Of a DNA stretch of 64,000 nt, positions 28,404 to 37,674 are shown piece after piece. Made by a program: the position numbers and the translations under genes. A model generated the notes under the pieces. It was not told the DNA's origin. It made no database searches and was given only the letters and a program-made list of their open reading frames with translations. Position 1 is the stretch's first letter. Every line of letters starts with the position of its first letter. This DNA is from an uncultured Gammaproteobacteria bacterium. GTDB taxonomy: Bacteria; Patescibacteriota; Patescibacteriia; S139-126. The stretch is from the NCBI GenBank assembly GCA_964620905.1, contig CAZUKA010000002.1:25496-89495 (forward strand). The letters are read 5' to 3'.

Positions 28404-31064
28404 ATGTCGTTTTCGGTAGACAAAAATAGTCAAGCCAAACAAAAAAATTTTTTTGTTTTTTTGTCCGTTTTTGGGTTAACATTTTTTTTATTATTATTAG
28501 GTTATAGTTTACGAGCCCAAAATATCGTTTACCCGATAGAAATTTTAAATTTGTTTGATGGTCAAACAATTTCTTCAACAACTTATAAATTTAAATTTGA
28601 AGCAAAAAATGAGATTGAATTTTTGGAATTGCGTTTTATCCCTTTAGGTAGTGCTGATGCAAAAGGACGTCAGGCTTATGCTAAAAGAGAGAGCGGGAGT
28701 AGCAATATTTGGATTTTTGATTTAGAGACTACTCAATTGGGCAGTGGTAATTTTCGTTTGGAAACCGTGGCAATTTATTCTGATCAAACAACAGTTGCTG
28801 GACAAACTAAAAATTTTACCATTGCTCAAAATCTGACCTTTGATACAAAAATAAAAATCGCTAGCCCTGTATCAGGACAAATAATAAATGAACCAATTTA
28901 TTTTACAGCTGAAACAAATATTCCTGTTGCGGAAATAGTTTTTTCAATTTTTGACAGCAATAAAATCTTGCAAGATCAACTAATAAGTAGCACTTCCACC
29001 CCGACTTTATATCATCAAGTCAAATTTTTACCATCAACAATATCCAGAGATGGGAAGTATCTACTACAAGCAGAGTATATTAGTCCAACTAGCACTTTCT
29101 CTTCCCTGGCAGTGGATTTTTATATAGCCAATTCTGTAGCTGATATTAATACTTCCACAACAAGCATTTTTCTAGTTTCTCCTGTTGAGCAGGCAACTAT
29201 TGTGGGTAATGTTTTATTGCAAGCAAAGGTTTCCACTTCGGTTGATGAAGTTTATTTTCGTTTGGATAGTGATTTTATTCCTGCCAGAAGGTTTGATCAG
29301 AATATTTGGCAAGAATATATTTTGACCAATAATTATACTACCGGTACCAAAGATTTATTGGCTGTAGCTCGTCTGAGTGAGAAGGAGTATTACAGTAACC
29401 GTGTGCAAGTAAAAATAGGTAATGATGATTCTATCAGACCAAATCAAGATTTACCAAAACAGCCCAGCTATATAATTACCACGCCGTTGGTTGATAATAG
29501 TAATACCAATTCCCTGAATTCCACGACAACAGTAAATATTTTAGATGAAAGTACCACCACCAGCCCAATAGAACCAACAAATTTATCAGAATCAGAGCAG
29601 AGATTAATTGAATGTCAAAATCAGGACATAAAAAATATCAGTTGTGGGGTTTATTTAAAAAATAAAGATAGTTTTACAGCTGAGTGTATCAATAAGGTTT
29701 TAAATGTGGATGAATGTTTGACCGGATTTTCTAAATGTCAAGTTGGCGGTATTGTTGATATTGATTTATGTCAAAAATATCTGACCGAACCGCGGGCAGC
29801 GCGCTGGTGTGATTTGGTTGAATTTAAAAATCAACCATTATGTCAAAATTATTTATTAGAGAAAAGAACGTCTGGTTTAATCAGACCAGAGGTTGATTTA
29901 ATTTGTTTACAACAATCAATTTTCAATTCCCAAGCTTGTCAGCGTTTTAAGGAATATATTAGCTTGTCTACTGAATGTCAACAAGCCGGTTTTAAACGAT
30001 TAGCTGATTGCCGTCAGTTTTTGCAAGCCAATATCTTACCCGCGGCTTGTAGACTTATTGGTCAAAGTGATTTAGCTCTGTGTCAGCAAAATATTTTACA
30101 AAAATATCAGACCGGCGGTTATTGCCAAGATGAAAACTGCCGTGAGGATTTAAAAAAATTTATTGGTGAATTGTCGGCTCGTGAAATTTCTTTGCATATT
30201 CTAAAAGAAGTACAGCAGAAAAAGACCAATGGTTTTCTAACGAATGATGATCTGGGTTGGTCGCCCGTTCAAGCTTTACAATCTCGTTTGGCAGTTTCTT
30301 TGCAGCCAAATTTTTCTTATCAGTTGCTACCGGCTGATGATCAAATCAAAATATCTCAAGGTTTTATTTCTCAACCGCTGCCAGCAATGGTAGTCAAAGA
30401 CTCTGATCAAGATGGCTTGCCTGATGATATGGAGCGGAGAATCGGTTCGGATCTTACCAGCTCAGATACTGACGATGATGGTTATAATGATTTAACTGAA
30501 GTTTTAAATGGTTATGATCCTTTACTTGCAGGAGCTAAGTGGTCAAGATTACTGTCGGCAGTAGAAAAAGCTATCATCAATAGGCAAACATTCCAACATC
30601 CTGTGGTTGGTGGTCAGGAGACAGACGAATTGCAAATTGAATCAATAACCAATTCACCAGCCGAAGTAAATGCCAACTTATTACTACGTGGTACAGGACC
30701 GGCTTACGGGGTTTTGAGTCTTTATTTTTATTCTGATTTACCATTGTTGGCTACCGTTCAGGTTGATGAATACGGTCGTTGGCAATATGATTTGTCAGAT
30801 AGTTTGACTGACGGATCACATCAAGTATATTTGGTAATCAATGATGAAACTGGTAAGGTGCAAAAAAAATCAACGCCACAAGTATTTTTTATCAATCAAG
30901 CCAAAGCCGCAGCCGTAGGTGAATTTATTGATTTGACTGTTTCCGAAGAAACTACTGCACTTGAGAAGTATTATATTTGGGGTGCGACAGTTCCGATACT
31001 TTTAGCTTTGGGTCTATTTTTATTTTTGCGTCGCCGCCATAAAGATGAAATTCAATTATCATGA
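28404..31064 (+). CDS. large cell-surface protein (886 aa) with signal peptide, Cys-rich central region, thrombospondin-3-like Ca-binding repeat, C-terminal TM anchor
   Basis: N-terminal hydrophobic signal. DSDQDGLPDDMERRIGSDLTSSDTDDDGYNDLTEVLNGYDPL motif. C-terminal hydrophobic helix followed by RRRHK. Confidence 0.55.
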   Translation: MSFSVDKNSQAKQKNFFVFLSVFGLTFFLLLLGYSLRAQNIVYPIEILNLFDGQTISSTTYKFKFEAKNEIEFLELRFIPLGSADAKGRQAYAKRESGSSNIWIFDLETTQLGSGNFRLETVAIYSDQTTVAGQTKNFTIAQNLTFDTKIKIASPVSGQIINEPIYFTAETNIPVAEIVFSIFDSNKILQDQLISSTSTPTLYHQVKFLPSTISRDGKYLLQAEYISPTSTFSSLAVDFYIANSVADINTSTTSIFLVSPVEQATIVGNVLLQAKVSTSVDEVYFRLDSDFIPARRFDQNIWQEYILTNNYTTGTKDLLAVARLSEKEYYSNRVQVKIGNDDSIRPNQDLPKQPSYIITTPLVDNSNTNSLNSTTTVNILDESTTTSPIEPTNLSESEQRLIECQNQDIKNISCGVYLKNKDSFTAECINKVLNVDECLTGFSKCQVGGIVDIDLCQKYLTEPRAARWCDLVEFKNQPLCQNYLLEKRTSGLIRPEVDLICLQQSIFNSQACQRFKEYISLSTECQQAGFKRLADCRQFLQANILPAACRLIGQSDLALCQQNILQKYQTGGYCQDENCREDLKKFIGELSAREISLHILKEVQQKKTNGFLTNDDLGWSPVQALQSRLAVSLQPNFSYQLLPADDQIKISQGFISQPLPAMVVKDSDQDGLPDDMERRIGSDLTSSDTDDDGYNDLTEVLNGYDPLLAGAKWSRLLSAVEKAIINRQTFQHPVVGGQETDELQIESITNSPAEVNANLLLRGTGPAYGVLSLYFYSDLPLLATVQVDEYGRWQYDLSDSLTDGSHQVYLVINDETGKVQKKSTPQVFFINQAKAAAVGEFIDLTVSEETTALEKYYIWGATVPILLALGLFLFLRRRHKDEIQLS

Positions 31065-32425
31065 AGAAATTATTTTTACATAAAAATTTTCAGCTTATTT
31101 ATGGATTGATTTTGGTAATTTTGGTACCGGTGGTAATAATTGTCAACACCCTTTCGCTCAATCGAAATTTTAGACACAATTTAGATATTCAATTACAACG
31201 ACAAGCTTTATCCTTTGGTCGATTATTTAATGTATCTTTGTATAATTCTACTTGGCAACCAAATGAAGTTCAGGCAGTAATTGATGCCACTCTAGACAAA
31301 CAAAAAGATATTAGATTGATATCGGTTTTAACTGCTGATAATGATAATTTTCGCGTGGTTGCTAGTTCAGTTGTTGGTCAGGTAAATCAACAAGTTTTTT
31401 CCACCCATTATTTTTTTTCTTGGCAGCGCAGTGAAGCCATTGCCAGTTTAGTAAGCAAGGAGAGTTTATTTGAGTTATTTCCTCAATCTGATCAAATTAT
31501 CAGTTCTGATAGTCGTTTTTGGTTGGTAGTAATGCCATTGGTTGACCAGGAAAATCAAAAAAAATTATTACTCACCATGGTCGTGTCTTTAGATGTCATG
31601 GATCAACTTATCACTTCAACCTTGTTAAGAAGCTATATATTTTTGACCATTACTGTATTAATCCTCATTTTATTATTGTCAGCCAATACTAGATTGTTTA
31701 CCTATGCTTCACTTTATCGTAAAATTAAAGAAGTTGATGAGATGAAAGATGAATTTATATCCATCGCTTCACATGAATTACGTACACCTCTGACAGTGAT
31801 CAAGGGATACATTTCTATGTTGATAGCCGATGGCAAGAATATATTGACTGCCGAACTGCGTGGTTATTTAGACACTATCAATAATTCCGCTGACCGTTTG
31901 TCAGCTTTGGTTGAAGATTTATTGAATGTTTCTCGGATTGAACAGGGACGCTTGCAAATGGAAATACAGTCATTGGATCCCTTACCGGTGATTAAAGAAG
32001 TATTAGCTGAATTGCAAGTTGAGGCGGAACGGAAAAGTATAATGTTGTCCTGTGAATGTAGCAGTAATTATTTAATAAAAGTTGATCCAGCTAGATTGAA
32101 GCAAGTGTTGATCAATATAGTTGGTAACGCGATTAAATATACAATTACTGGTACGGTCAAAGTCAAACTGACAGTAAAAAATGGACAGTTGGAAATCAGA
32201 ACAATTGATTCCGGTATTGGTATGTCAGCAGTAGAGCGGGAACGACTCTTTCAAAAATTTTATCGCATCAAAAATGATAAAACAAAAAACATTGTTGGTA
32301 CTGGTCTAGGCTTGTGGATTACCAAGGCGGTTGTGGAGTTGATGGGCGGACAGATATATATTGATAGTATCGAAGGGGTGGGTACACAAGTGAGTATTAA
32401 TTTTCCTCTAATAAAAAACAATTAA
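31061..32425 (+). CDS. sensor histidine kinase
   Basis: Two N-terminal TM segments, H-box SHELRTPLTVIKGY, N/G1/G2 boxes (GTGLGLWI). Confidence 0.8.
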   Translation: MKKLFLHKNFQLIYGLILVILVPVVIIVNTLSLNRNFRHNLDIQLQRQALSFGRLFNVSLYNSTWQPNEVQAVIDATLDKQKDIRLISVLTADNDNFRVVASSVVGQVNQQVFSTHYFFSWQRSEAIASLVSKESLFELFPQSDQIISSDSRFWLVVMPLVDQENQKKLLLTMVVSLDVMDQLITSTLLRSYIFLTITVLILILLLSANTRLFTYASLYRKIKEVDEMKDEFISIASHELRTPLTVIKGYISMLIADGKNILTAELRGYLDTINNSADRLSALVEDLLNVSRIEQGRLQMEIQSLDPLPVIKEVLAELQVEAERKSIMLSCECSSNYLIKVDPARLKQVLINIVGNAIKYTITGTVKVKLTVKNGQLEIRTIDSGIGMSAVERERLFQKFYRIKNDKTKNIVGTGLGLWITKAVVELMGGQIYIDSIEGVGTQVSINFPLIKNN

Positions 32426-32434
32426 TTTTAATTT

Positions 32435-32797
32435 ATGATAAAAAAAATATTGATAGCAGAAGATGAGCCGGACATACTGAAAATGTTGCAAGATATGTTG
32501 CAAACAGCCGGTTGGCAGGTAACCGCTGCTGCTGACGGTGAAGAAGCTTTGCAAAAGTTGTCAGCGGATAATTTTGATCTACTATTGCTTGATATGCAGA
32601 TGCCCAATAAAGATGGTTTTGCAGTTTTGGAGATTCTGCAAAGCGAGGGCAAATTACCCAAACAAAAAGTGGTAATCTTATCCAATATTGACAATGAGAA
32701 ATGGGTTAAGCGTGCCAAAGAATTGGGAGCGATCGATTATTGGTTGAAAGTCGAAGTCCACCTCACAGAATTGATAGAAAAAATAAAAAAATTATAA
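32435..32797 (+). CDS. single-domain response regulator (CheY-like receiver)
   Basis: ILIAEDEPD...LLLDMQMP...K motif, 120 aa, no output domain. Confidence 0.8.
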   Translation: MIKKILIAEDEPDILKMLQDMLQTAGWQVTAAADGEEALQKLSADNFDLLLLDMQMPNKDGFAVLEILQSEGKLPKQKVVILSNIDNEKWVKRAKELGAIDYWLKVEVHLTELIEKIKKL

Positions 32798-34549
32798 ACT
32801 CTTAGTAAAGTTTTTTTCGCTCTGTTGTTGCCACAGCAGCGCATAAAGCTGGCTATGCTTGAGTAATTCTGCGTGACTACCTTGGGCAGAAATTTTGCCA
32901 TTTTGTAAAACATAAATTATATCAGCATGCTGGATAGTGGCTAGTCGATGGGCTACTAAAATCCTTATTAAGTTGGGATTTGTTTTTTCAATATCTTTGA
33001 TAGTTTTGGTAATTGCTTGTTCAGTAATCGAGTCAAGACTACTAGTAGCTTCATCAAAAATTATTATTTCTGGTTGTCGTAGCAAAGCACGAGCTATTGC
33101 TAAACGTTGTTTTTCTCCACCCGAAAGTTTAAGCCCTCCTTCACCAATTTTTGTATTCAAGCCATACTGACTTCGGTTGATGATACTGTCGGCCGCAGCG
33201 GCTTGCAATGCTTCTAGACACTGCTGGTCGGTCGCCTGAGGATTTATAAAATTCAGATTATCTTTGATTGTGCCAGCAAAAAGTTGAGTATCTTGGGAAA
33301 CCAAACCGATTTTTTTTCGTAAATGACTAAAATCAATCTCGTCGTGCTTTATTTGATTATAAAAAATTTCACCGCTGGTTGGTTTGTAAAGTCCGACTAA
33401 TAGTTTGATCAATGTAGTTTTACCCGAGCCACTAGGTCCAACCAAAGCCACAGTCTGACCAGCAGTGATTTTTATATTTATATTTTTTACTGACGGATCC
33501 TGACTGGATTGATAAATAAAATCAACTTGGTTGAAAGTGATAGTTGTCAGACGTTTGATATCTTTGGGATTTAGTGGTTTGATTTCGGCTGGCAATTCCA
33601 ATATTTTTTTTAATTGTTCACCGCTAGCTTCTGCTTCTCGGTATTCTGTCACCAACTGACCCAAGTCAGTCAAAGGAGTAAAGATTAAAAAAGAATAAAA
33701 TAGCAAAGTAAAAAATTCACCCAAAGTGATGATTTGTATATAAATCAACCACAACATTAAAAGCAACATACCTGACCGCAAAAAATTTATGAGGGTACCT
33801 TGAATGAAACTCATCGTTCTTACCAACTTTATTTTTTTTAGTTCCAACTGCAAAATTTGTTCATTGACTAAATTCAGCCGATCAATTTCTTGTTTTTCCA
33901 ATCCTAGGCTTTTGACCAGTTCTACATTTCTAATGGTTTCTGTGGTTGAACCGGCCAAGTCGGCTTTTTGTTTGATAATTTCCGTTTGGGCTTGTTTGAT
34001 TTTACGACTAATATAAAAAGTTACACCAGCCAAAGAGGGAATAATCGTCAGGAAAGTGAGCCCCAAAGACCAGTGCACAAAAAAAGCGTAAATCAAAACA
34101 AACAGAATACCAATTAGTGAGAAAAATAAAATATCAATAAGGCTACGGATCAATTTTTCTGCGTCTTGCCGAGCTTTATTTAAATTTTGTAGCAGTTCGC
34201 CACTGCGTTGATCTTCAAAATTTACATAAGGCAGGGAAAATGAATGCTTGATACTGTCAGCGTAAAGACTGGTGCCAAGTTTTTGAGCAATCATACTGAC
34301 ATAATAATCCTGGAAATTTTTAGCAAGGCGTGAAATCAAAGCTACCGCAATCGCCAAAAGCAAAAGCGTTAGAACGCCAAATAAAAATTCGTGACTAGCT
34401 AGTCCATTGAATTTAGTGGCATAGCGATCAATAATCAAGCGAAAAATTTGTGGATCCAACAGTGAAAAAACACGGTTAATAAGCGCTAAAAAAAGAGATA
34501 AAATAAATATCCCCTTATAATTTTTTAAATACTGCCAAAATAATTTCAT
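32792..34549 (-). CDS. ABC exporter, fused permease/ATPase (MsbA-like)
   Basis: Six TM helices, Walker A GPSGSGKTT, signature LSGGEKQRLAIARA, Walker B IIFDEATS. Confidence 0.85.
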   Translation of the reverse strand: MKLFWQYLKNYKGIFILSLFLALINRVFSLLDPQIFRLIIDRYATKFNGLASHEFLFGVLTLLLLAIAVALISRLAKNFQDYYVSMIAQKLGTSLYADSIKHSFSLPYVNFEDQRSGELLQNLNKARQDAEKLIRSLIDILFFSLIGILFVLIYAFFVHWSLGLTFLTIIPSLAGVTFYISRKIKQAQTEIIKQKADLAGSTTETIRNVELVKSLGLEKQEIDRLNLVNEQILQLELKKIKLVRTMSFIQGTLINFLRSGMLLLMLWLIYIQIITLGEFFTLLFYSFLIFTPLTDLGQLVTEYREAEASGEQLKKILELPAEIKPLNPKDIKRLTTITFNQVDFIYQSSQDPSVKNINIKITAGQTVALVGPSGSGKTTLIKLLVGLYKPTSGEIFYNQIKHDEIDFSHLRKKIGLVSQDTQLFAGTIKDNLNFINPQATDQQCLEALQAAAADSIINRSQYGLNTKIGEGGLKLSGGEKQRLAIARALLRQPEIIIFDEATSSLDSITEQAITKTIKDIEKTNPNLIRILVAHRLATIQHADIIYVLQNGKISAQGSHAELLKHSQLYALLWQQQSEKNFTKSL

Positions 34550-34614
34550 AAATTTAGTCTAGCCAATAGTGTAGCATAAAAAACAATAATATAAAATTAA
34601 TTGAATTTGAAATC

Positions 34615-35052
34615 TTAAGATTTATCTTTCATATTTTTCAATTTATTGATGGTTTTTTTAATTTGTTGAACGCTAAGTATTTTTCTTGGTTGACCTCGGT
34701 GATTGAGATTGCCAATGTGAGTATTGGGTATGATATGGTAGTGTAAATGTAAAATACTTTTGCCCGAACCTGCTAGACTACCATCTCTGACTAAAACACT
34801 TATATTTTTTATTTTCAATTGATGTAATTTACTTATACCTTGGCGAATCAATTTATCAATATTCTCTCGTTCCTTGGTTTTTAAATGCAAAAAAGATACA
34901 ATATGTCTTTTGGGTATAACTAGTAAATGATAAGGATGATAGGGAGCTAAAGCAAAAGTCAGAAAAGCAGTTTTATTTTGATAAATTATTTCTTGTTGGC
35001 AATGACAAAAAGGACATTTTCTGATTTTTTTTATAAAGTTACTATAAAGCAT
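34615..35052 (-). CDS. HIT-family hydrolase
   Basis: HLHYHIIP histidine triad, CxxC at the N-terminus. Confidence 0.7.
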   Translation of the reverse strand: MLYSNFIKKIRKCPFCHCQQEIIYQNKTAFLTFALAPYHPYHLLVIPKRHIVSFLHLKTKERENIDKLIRQGISKLHQLKIKNISVLVRDGSLAGSGKSILHLHYHIIPNTHIGNLNHRGQPRKILSVQQIKKTINKLKNMKDKS

Positions 35053-35149
35053 AAAAATTATTAAAATATTATAATATTATAACATTTTTTAAGTTTTTCT
35101 GGTTTATCCACAGGTTATTAAATTAAGGCACTTGACCATAAAATATTGG

Positions 35150-35462
35150 TAGTGTAAGTTAATCAGTACCGAAACTTAAATTTTGAATCTTGCTCTTTAA
35201 ACTCCCTATTAGGGAAACACAAACTCCCAATAAGGGAAAATTAATTCGCGGTGCGGAAATAGATGTAAGTGATCATATGATCAAAAAATAAAACGAAATG
35301 TTATGCGCAAGCAAAACGTCTTCCGAAGAAGAAACACTATACATCAAGCTAAAAGCAAACATTTTCCGCAAGGAGACTCCAAAGACAAGATTCACCCTAA
35401 CCCGTCCCATTGGACATTTTCTATACCCTAATTTAGAAAACTGTCTACGGACGGGTTTTTTT
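35150..35462 (+). other. structured non-coding region upstream of plsY: two tandem 16-nt hairpin units plus a long terminator-like stem-loop (candidate sRNA/attenuator)
   Basis: ctccctattagggaaa (35202-35217) and ctcccaataagggaaaa (35224-35240). Long stem cccgtcc...ggacggg + T7 at 35401-35462. A GNRA hairpin ttttccGCAAggagac is also present. Confidence 0.35.
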
Positions 35463-35534
35463 CTTGCCAAAAAAACAAATTGGATATAAAATAATTTAAT
35501 TCATTTTCTTTAATAATTTAAAAGGAGTAGTAAA

Positions 35535-36215
35535 ATGATCTTATATAGTTTATATTGGTTACCCAGATTAAATTTTGAATTACCAATTAGTTTGCCGTCA
35601 GAAACAGTAAATTTTGTTTGCCTAATCATTTTGTCTTATCTTTTAGGTTCAATTCCTTTTGGCTATCTGATTGCTAAGCGCAAACATATTAACATCCAAA
35701 AAGTTGGTAGTGGCAACATTGGCGCTACCAATGTATTTAGAACTATGGGTGCTAAATGGGGTGCTCTGACATTGATTTTGGATATGGCCAAAGGTTTTTT
35801 GGCTATCAGCTTAGCAAATATTTTTTTTGACCAGCCCCAAGATGGTCATTATATATTAGCTGGGAGTCTGGCTATCATTGGCCACTTTAAACCAATCTGG
35901 TTGAACTTCAAAGGCGGCAAAGTTGTTGCCACCTCACTGGGGGTATTGTTGGGACTTAGTCCGGCTTGGTTTATTGTTACTATTGTGTTGGTTTTTACCG
36001 CCACAATACTATTTGCCAAAAAGTTTGGCTCAAAAAAAATTGCTTCCCAGAAAGTGGCTTTGGGATCTATGTTTGGAGCTATTTCAGCAGTCTTAGTAAA
36101 AATAATTTTTGGTGGTGGTTTTAATCAACAAAATTTTGAGATTACCTTATTTATAATTGGTATTACTATCATTATTTTACTTGCTCATAAAGACAACATC
36201 AAAAAAATAATCTGA
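35535..36215 (+). CDS. plsY: glycerol-3-phosphate acyltransferase PlsY
   Basis: LLGSIPFGYLIAK...GSGNIGATNVFR motifs. The N-terminal extension relative to typical PlsY makes the start uncertain. Confidence 0.8.
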   Translation: MILYSLYWLPRLNFELPISLPSETVNFVCLIILSYLLGSIPFGYLIAKRKHINIQKVGSGNIGATNVFRTMGAKWGALTLILDMAKGFLAISLANIFFDQPQDGHYILAGSLAIIGHFKPIWLNFKGGKVVATSLGVLLGLSPAWFIVTIVLVFTATILFAKKFGSKKIASQKVALGSMFGAISAVLVKIIFGGGFNQQNFEITLFIIGITIIILLAHKDNIKKII

Positions 36216-36217
36216 CT

Positions 36218-36245
36218 TTGCCCTCTATTTAGAGGGCTTTTTTTA
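36218..36245 (+). terminator. rho-independent terminator after plsY
   Basis: gccctctatttagagggc + T8. Confidence 0.75.
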
Positions 36246-36288
36246 TTGAAGGCGGTATGATAAGCTGGGTAAGATAAAAGGAGGATTT

Positions 36289-36579
36289 ATGTTCGTTTTA
36301 AAAATTGATTTAGCTTATTTGCATATTCATGCCGGTATGTATACCGATAAAAAATCTCTCCACAGCTCAATGTATTGGCGCTGTCTGTATACAGAAGAAA
36401 TTATTGAATGGTTAGATGTTGAGATATTGATAGTTGATAAAAATAAAATATATCAGGAAATAATCAGTCGGCCGTTTTGTCCAAAATGTAAACCAAAGGC
36501 AGTAAAATATTCTCATCTAAATTTTCCTGACATTAAAGAGCCAATACCAAAACACCAACTAATTGAAGTACTGTGGTAA
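36289..36579 (+). CDS. hypothetical protein (96 aa) with CxxC pair
   Basis: ORF with RBS AAAGGAGG 6 nt upstream, CPKCKPK motif. Confidence 0.45.
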   Translation: MFVLKIDLAYLHIHAGMYTDKKSLHSSMYWRCLYTEEIIEWLDVEILIVDKNKIYQEIISRPFCPKCKPKAVKYSHLNFPDIKEPIPKHQLIEVLW

Positions 36580-36582
36580 TAT

Positions 36583-36610
36583 AAAAACCCGCCCTAGAGA
36601 GCGGGTTTTT
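36583..36610. terminator. bidirectional terminator between convergent genes
   Basis: aaaaacccgccctagagagcgggttttt. Confidence 0.75.
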
Positions 36611-36629
36611 AATTTTAGCAAAATTTTGC

Positions 36630-36971
36630 TTAGTTCCAGTTTCGTTGACGATTGCCACCGCCGCCACCACCAAAACCGCGTCCGCGACTACCAAAATCTC
36701 GGCGAGGACGATCAGTCATTGGGCGAGCTTCGCTAACTCTGATAGTGCGACCATCAAGTTCTTTGCCGTCAAACATCTCAATGGCTTTTTGCGCTTCGTC
36801 TTCAGTAGCCATTTCCACAAAACCAAAACCCTTGGACCGGCCTGACATTTTGTCAGTGATCACTGTGGCAGATTCTACAGTACCGGCTTGAGCGAAAGCT
36901 TCTTGTAGGCTTTCCTGGGTAGTATCATAAGATAAGCTACCGATGTAAAGTTTTTTGTTCATAATATACAC
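36630..36971 (-). CDS. RRM-type RNA-binding protein with Gly/Arg-rich C-terminal tail
   Basis: RNP-2 KLYIGSLSY and RNP-1 KGFGFVEM; RGRGFGGGGGG tail. Confidence 0.85.
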   Translation of the reverse strand: MYIMNKKLYIGSLSYDTTQESLQEAFAQAGTVESATVITDKMSGRSKGFGFVEMATEDEAQKAIEMFDGKELDGRTIRVSEARPMTDRPRRDFGSRGRGFGGGGGGNRQRNWN

Positions 36972-37192
36972 TTACACAAATAAAATTCGCAAGAGCGACC
37001 TAACTATTTTTTTGGGACTTACACTCCTTTAAATTTGTGTAAGCAAATATAAAATAGAAACACTTGCTGAAAATAAGTATTTCATATTTTGCTGTTTTTG
37101 TCAACAGCTGTCTTGACAGTTGAGCAAAAATAAGATAATTTAATATATTCGTTTATTAAAATAAATTTTTCAACAAACAAAAGGAGACAAAA

Positions 37193-37531
37193 ATGAGCAC
37201 ACCCCAGGAATTAAAAGACCAAGAAGAATTAGAACAAACCGGAAAAATTGCTGGCCAAAGACCAGTTGATATTATCAGACAAATGAATCCAAAAATTCAC
37301 ATTCCTACCGGTGCGGAATTGGCTGGTATGATAAAAAAACAAACCGAAGAAGATCTGGATAAATCGGTTGGTTTAGACCGACAACAAGTTTTTGAGTATG
37401 CCCAAGGTTTGGGCTATACCGGTTCTGATGATTTTAATAAAATTTCAGAATTTATGGTGGCCGCCCAAGGTTTGCAGCCGATCTATGACGATCGGGAAAA
37501 GAAGTATTTTATTGAAGCTATAAGTTTTTAA
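37193..37531 (+). CDS. hypothetical protein (112 aa)
   Basis: AGGAG RBS, upstream TTGACA-17-TAATTT promoter, terminator at 37548-37573. Confidence 0.5.
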   Translation: MSTPQELKDQEELEQTGKIAGQRPVDIIRQMNPKIHIPTGAELAGMIKKQTEEDLDKSVGLDRQQVFEYAQGLGYTGSDDFNKISEFMVAAQGLQPIYDDREKKYFIEAISF

Positions 37532-37547
37532 TTTCAAATAAAAACAT

Positions 37548-37573
37548 TAAACCGCATCAAGAGTATGCGGTTT
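37548..37573 (+). terminator. rho-independent terminator
   Basis: aaaccgcatcaagagtatgcggtttt. Confidence 0.7.
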
Positions 37574-37674
37574 TACTATTGATTTTTTGTAAAAATTATG
37601 CTATAATTAAATATATAGGTTAAAAATCCTCAATATTTTGAGGTAAAAATAAAAATAAAAATTAAAAAAATTCT

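Noticed and set aside
35202-35240. Tandem 16-nt hairpin units as a mini CRISPR or REP element
   Set aside because: Only two copies are present and no similar units were seen elsewhere in the window. They were kept as part of the candidate structured RNA instead.
35273-35489. Two overlapping ~64-aa ORFs on opposite strands upstream of plsY
   Set aside because: Mutually antisense, no RBS, low-complexity peptides. The region is better explained as structured RNA.
36645-36891. Pro/Arg-rich ORFs antisense to the RRM protein gene
   Set aside because: Antisense to the Gly-codon-rich tail of a well-supported RRM gene (RNP-1/RNP-2 motifs present on the minus strand).
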